NCBI GenBank assembly: GCA_963693365.1
Contig: CAVNZM010000013.1
Coordinates: forward strand, 6,066,640-6,130,639
From: Amoebidium appalachense
Lineage: Eukaryota > Protista > Ichthyosporea
Direction: 5' to 3'
DNA length: 64,000 bases
The translations under genes were made by a program, and so were the position numbers. Below are positions 61,066 to 64,000 of this stretch, piece after piece. The number at the start of each line of letters is the position of its first letter. Position 1 is the stretch's first letter. Under the pieces are notes generated by a model that did not search any database, was not told the origin of the DNA, and was given only the letters and a program-made list of their open reading frames with translations.

Positions 61066-63139
61066 GCATGCATGTCTTTGGTGGTGCTTGTGTGTGTGCA
61101 AATAGTGCTAAAGAGACCGTGCAAGCACCTGGGGTTCATGTGCAAATGCATGCTTGTATGTGTGCAGTTAGAGATGCATGCACACAGGAACATGAAGCCC
61201 AACACATGGTGATGTTTGCTTGTTGTCATAGATAAATCAACATGGGTGTTCATGCTTTTATATGGGGATTCAACAACGTGCCCATCATGTATGCCCGTGA
61301 CAACAAAAACTAAACGTGTGGTGACTTGTGTAGGTGATGGTTATACACATACAATTTGCGGCGTGTGAATCACACGCATGCAGATGTATGGGTGCATGCA
61401 CGTGGTGGTTGCATGCATGCACTGGCTGTGTCATGGAGTCATGCACGTGCATAAACCCCACATGTACAGTGTGAATGCACATGATAGTACATGTGACTCC
61501 GGAGAGCCTTTGAACCATGCTTGTGCAGGTGTCCTGCGCCTGTGCATGCACGCGTCTTGTACCTGTGTGTGCATGTACGTGTCTTATGCCTGTGTGTGCA
61601 TGTACATGTCTTATGCCTGTGTGTGCATGCACGTGTCTTATGCCTGCACTGCACGATGTACGTGTCTTATGCCTGTGTGTGCACGCACGTGTCTTATGCG
61701 TGCACTGCATGATGTACGTGTCTTATGCCTGTGTGTGCATGTACGTGTCTTGTGCGTGTGTGTGCATGTACGTGTCTTGTGCATGTGTGTGCATATACGT
61801 GTCTTGTGCATGTGTGTCCATGTACGTGTCTTGTGCATGTGTGTGCATGTACGTGTCTTGTGCATGTGTGTCCATGTACGTGTCTTGTGCATGTGTGTCC
61901 ATGTACGTGTCTTGTGCATGTGTGTCCATGTACGTGTCTTGTGCATGTGTGTGCATGTACGTGTCTTGTGCATGTGTGTGCATGTACGTGTCTTGTGCAT
62001 GTGTGTCCATGTACGTGTCTTGTGCATGTGTGTCCATGTATGTGTCTTGTGCCTGTGTGTGCATGTACGTGTCTTGTGCCTGTGTGTGCATGTACGTGTC
62101 TTGTGCACGTGTAAGCACATGGTATCCATACCTTGACCCACACATGGCCGCTAGTCCTAGTCAGGAACCTATAGATGACGCTATTGCGCTGGTCAGCCAC
62201 CACACCCTTATGGCTCAGGATGATGCGCTGCATGTCATCCATGTGGTAGAACTTGTATGGCGACACCCCTGTATTAAAAGTCAGCACATCAGCACCAGGC
62301 TGCAAGCAACGTGCAGCACATGCACACACACAAGCACGAAGCATGCACACACGCACAGGTGAGCGCGCACAAGTACACGTACACACATACACATGCACGC
62401 ACACGCATGCACGCATGCACGCGCACGCACGCACGCACGTACGCACCCAAGCACATTGCACACACGCACACACATTGCACGTACCCACGCACACACGCAC
62501 ACACACACATACACACACATACGCCACTGTTGCCAAGAAACATGCATTTGCAGTTGCACATGCACACGCAGACAGGAAGAGGCAGAGGATTTAACGGACT
62601 CAGCCCTGCTATTCGTTTTGAAAGGTAGGGGAATGTGTGAGACCATCTGTGTGCATGGGGGAGCATAGGCATGTGTATATGGTTGAGCATAGGTGGTCTG
62701 CATGCTTGGGTGTGTGTACAAATGGTATGTGTATGCCTGTGCACGTGTGTGCATAGATGGTGTGGGCGCGCGTGTATCCTTGTGCACGTGTGTGTGCATA
62801 GATGGTTGGGTGCGCCTGTATGCGTGTGCATATGTGTGTGCATAGATGGTATGGGTGTGGTTGTGTATGCGTGTGCATAGGTGGCATTGATGCGTGTGCA
62901 TGTGTAGACTGGGGTGCAACGTGGGGTGCATGTGTGGGCATGTGTGTGTGCTATATGTGCACGGATGCAAGGGGGGGTTGTCTGCTGGCATGTGGTTGCT
63001 CTGGGCTTGAATGTGTATGTGTTGTGTGACTGTGTGTTGGTGTGGGTATGTGCGTGAAAGCTTGCGTGTGCACCCGTGTGTGCTTGTGTTGCATAATCAG
63101 TGTACCGTTTCGCCGGTGTGCGCATGTATATGATTTTGT

Positions 63140-63215
<76 letters not shown>

Positions 63216-63246
63216 CGGCATGCCGGTGTGCACATGCATATGATTT

Positions 63247-63297
<51 letters not shown>

Positions 63298-63596
63298 CGC
63301 GCATGCGTGTGTGCATGCATGTGAGCCATGACTGTACTTATGGTGGTGCATGTGTGCATAGGACGGCATCATTGTGTGGGTCGGTGCTTGGCTACGTGCG
63401 GTCACAAAGTTGCCCCCATGCGGCTGCCGGAGGCACGGGGGGAGGGGGGACGGGTCGGAGGGGGGGGCAGGGGGCAGACGGGGGTGGGGGGGGAGGTTAC
63501 CAATAAATTCATCTGGGGGGTAGCCAAAGAGTGATCTGATGTTGGATGTGGCGTACGTGGTGATGCCTGCATCTCCAGTCAGTACATCACATGAAT

Positions 63597-63630
<34 letters not shown>

Positions 63631-63852
63631 ATAGTATACACGACACTCAAAATCCAACCGCAAACACCATCTCGAACTCTGGTTCTACCAGACCATGATC
63701 GACATGGGGCCGGGAAGAACCAAACATGTTGCCACTGAACAAGGTGAGCCCGGCCATCCGGGCCATGTGATTGGTTCGTACCCTGGGCAACCAATCAAAC
63801 CCACTCTACCATCTTGCCCAATCAGCAGTGCCCATGCTGCCACAGGGGTTCC
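59327..63852 (-). CDS. PAS/PAC-domain protein with a C-terminal leucine-zipper-like coil; 5' part probably beyond the window end
   Basis: Exons give [10 protein letters not shown]|[22 protein letters not shown]|[45 protein letters not shown]|[21 protein letters not shown] (typical PAS-PAC), then [22 protein letters not shown] and an acidic tail. Confidence 0.82.
61545..62110. repeat. 27-bp intronic minisatellite, about 20 copies, homogeneous core
   Basis: Unit catgtacgtgtcttgtgcatgtgtgt(g/c); it produces the 9-aa periodic pseudo-ORFs in the track. Confidence 0.95.
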
Positions 63853-64000
63853 CTGCTCCACTGCGCCACTCAGCCACCCACAAACAGCCCAAGGCGAGAA
63901 CCGGCCCACTGTCTGCTGCTGCTCACACCATATGTTTGTGTGCCTGTGTGTTTGTGAATGCACGTGTATGCACGTGTGCATATGTGTGTGGGGGCACCAT

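Noticed and set aside
61378-62362. Long 9-aa-periodic ORFs on both strands
   Set aside because: They come from a 27-bp minisatellite inside a PAS-gene intron whose flanking exons splice in phase.

Overview
Intron-rich eukaryotic nuclear DNA, not prokaryotic. Most ORFs in the supplied track are artefacts of (CA/TG)n and poly-C/G tracts. Splicing by hand at GT-AG sites gives ten protein-coding genes: CLN3/battenin (-, runs off the left edge), MDM10 (-), a single-finger GATA factor (+), an EOGT-like GT61 glycosyltransferase ending in RDEL (+), an intronless orphan with a near-C-terminal WRPW motif (-), a ZC4H2-like coiled-coil protein apparently lacking its zinc finger (-), POT1 with an extra N-terminal OB-like domain (+), an Srs2/UvrD helicase (-), an Agd3/CE18-like polysaccharide deacetylase (+), and a PAS + leucine-zipper protein (-, runs off the right edge). 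Animal-type genes (EOGT, ZC4H2, WRPW motif) sit beside fungal-type genes (MDM10, Agd3, Srs2), which points by inference to a unicellular holozoan such as an ichthyosporean. Introns are packed with poly-C/G runs, microsatellites and small tandem duplications that often overlap splice sites or gene ends. Intergenic DNA is AT-richer and CpG-richer and carries MITE-like inverted repeats and a palindromic minisatellite. All family calls come from remembered motifs; no database search was run. I found no complete, clearly novel multi-gene system; the findings are the best leads.
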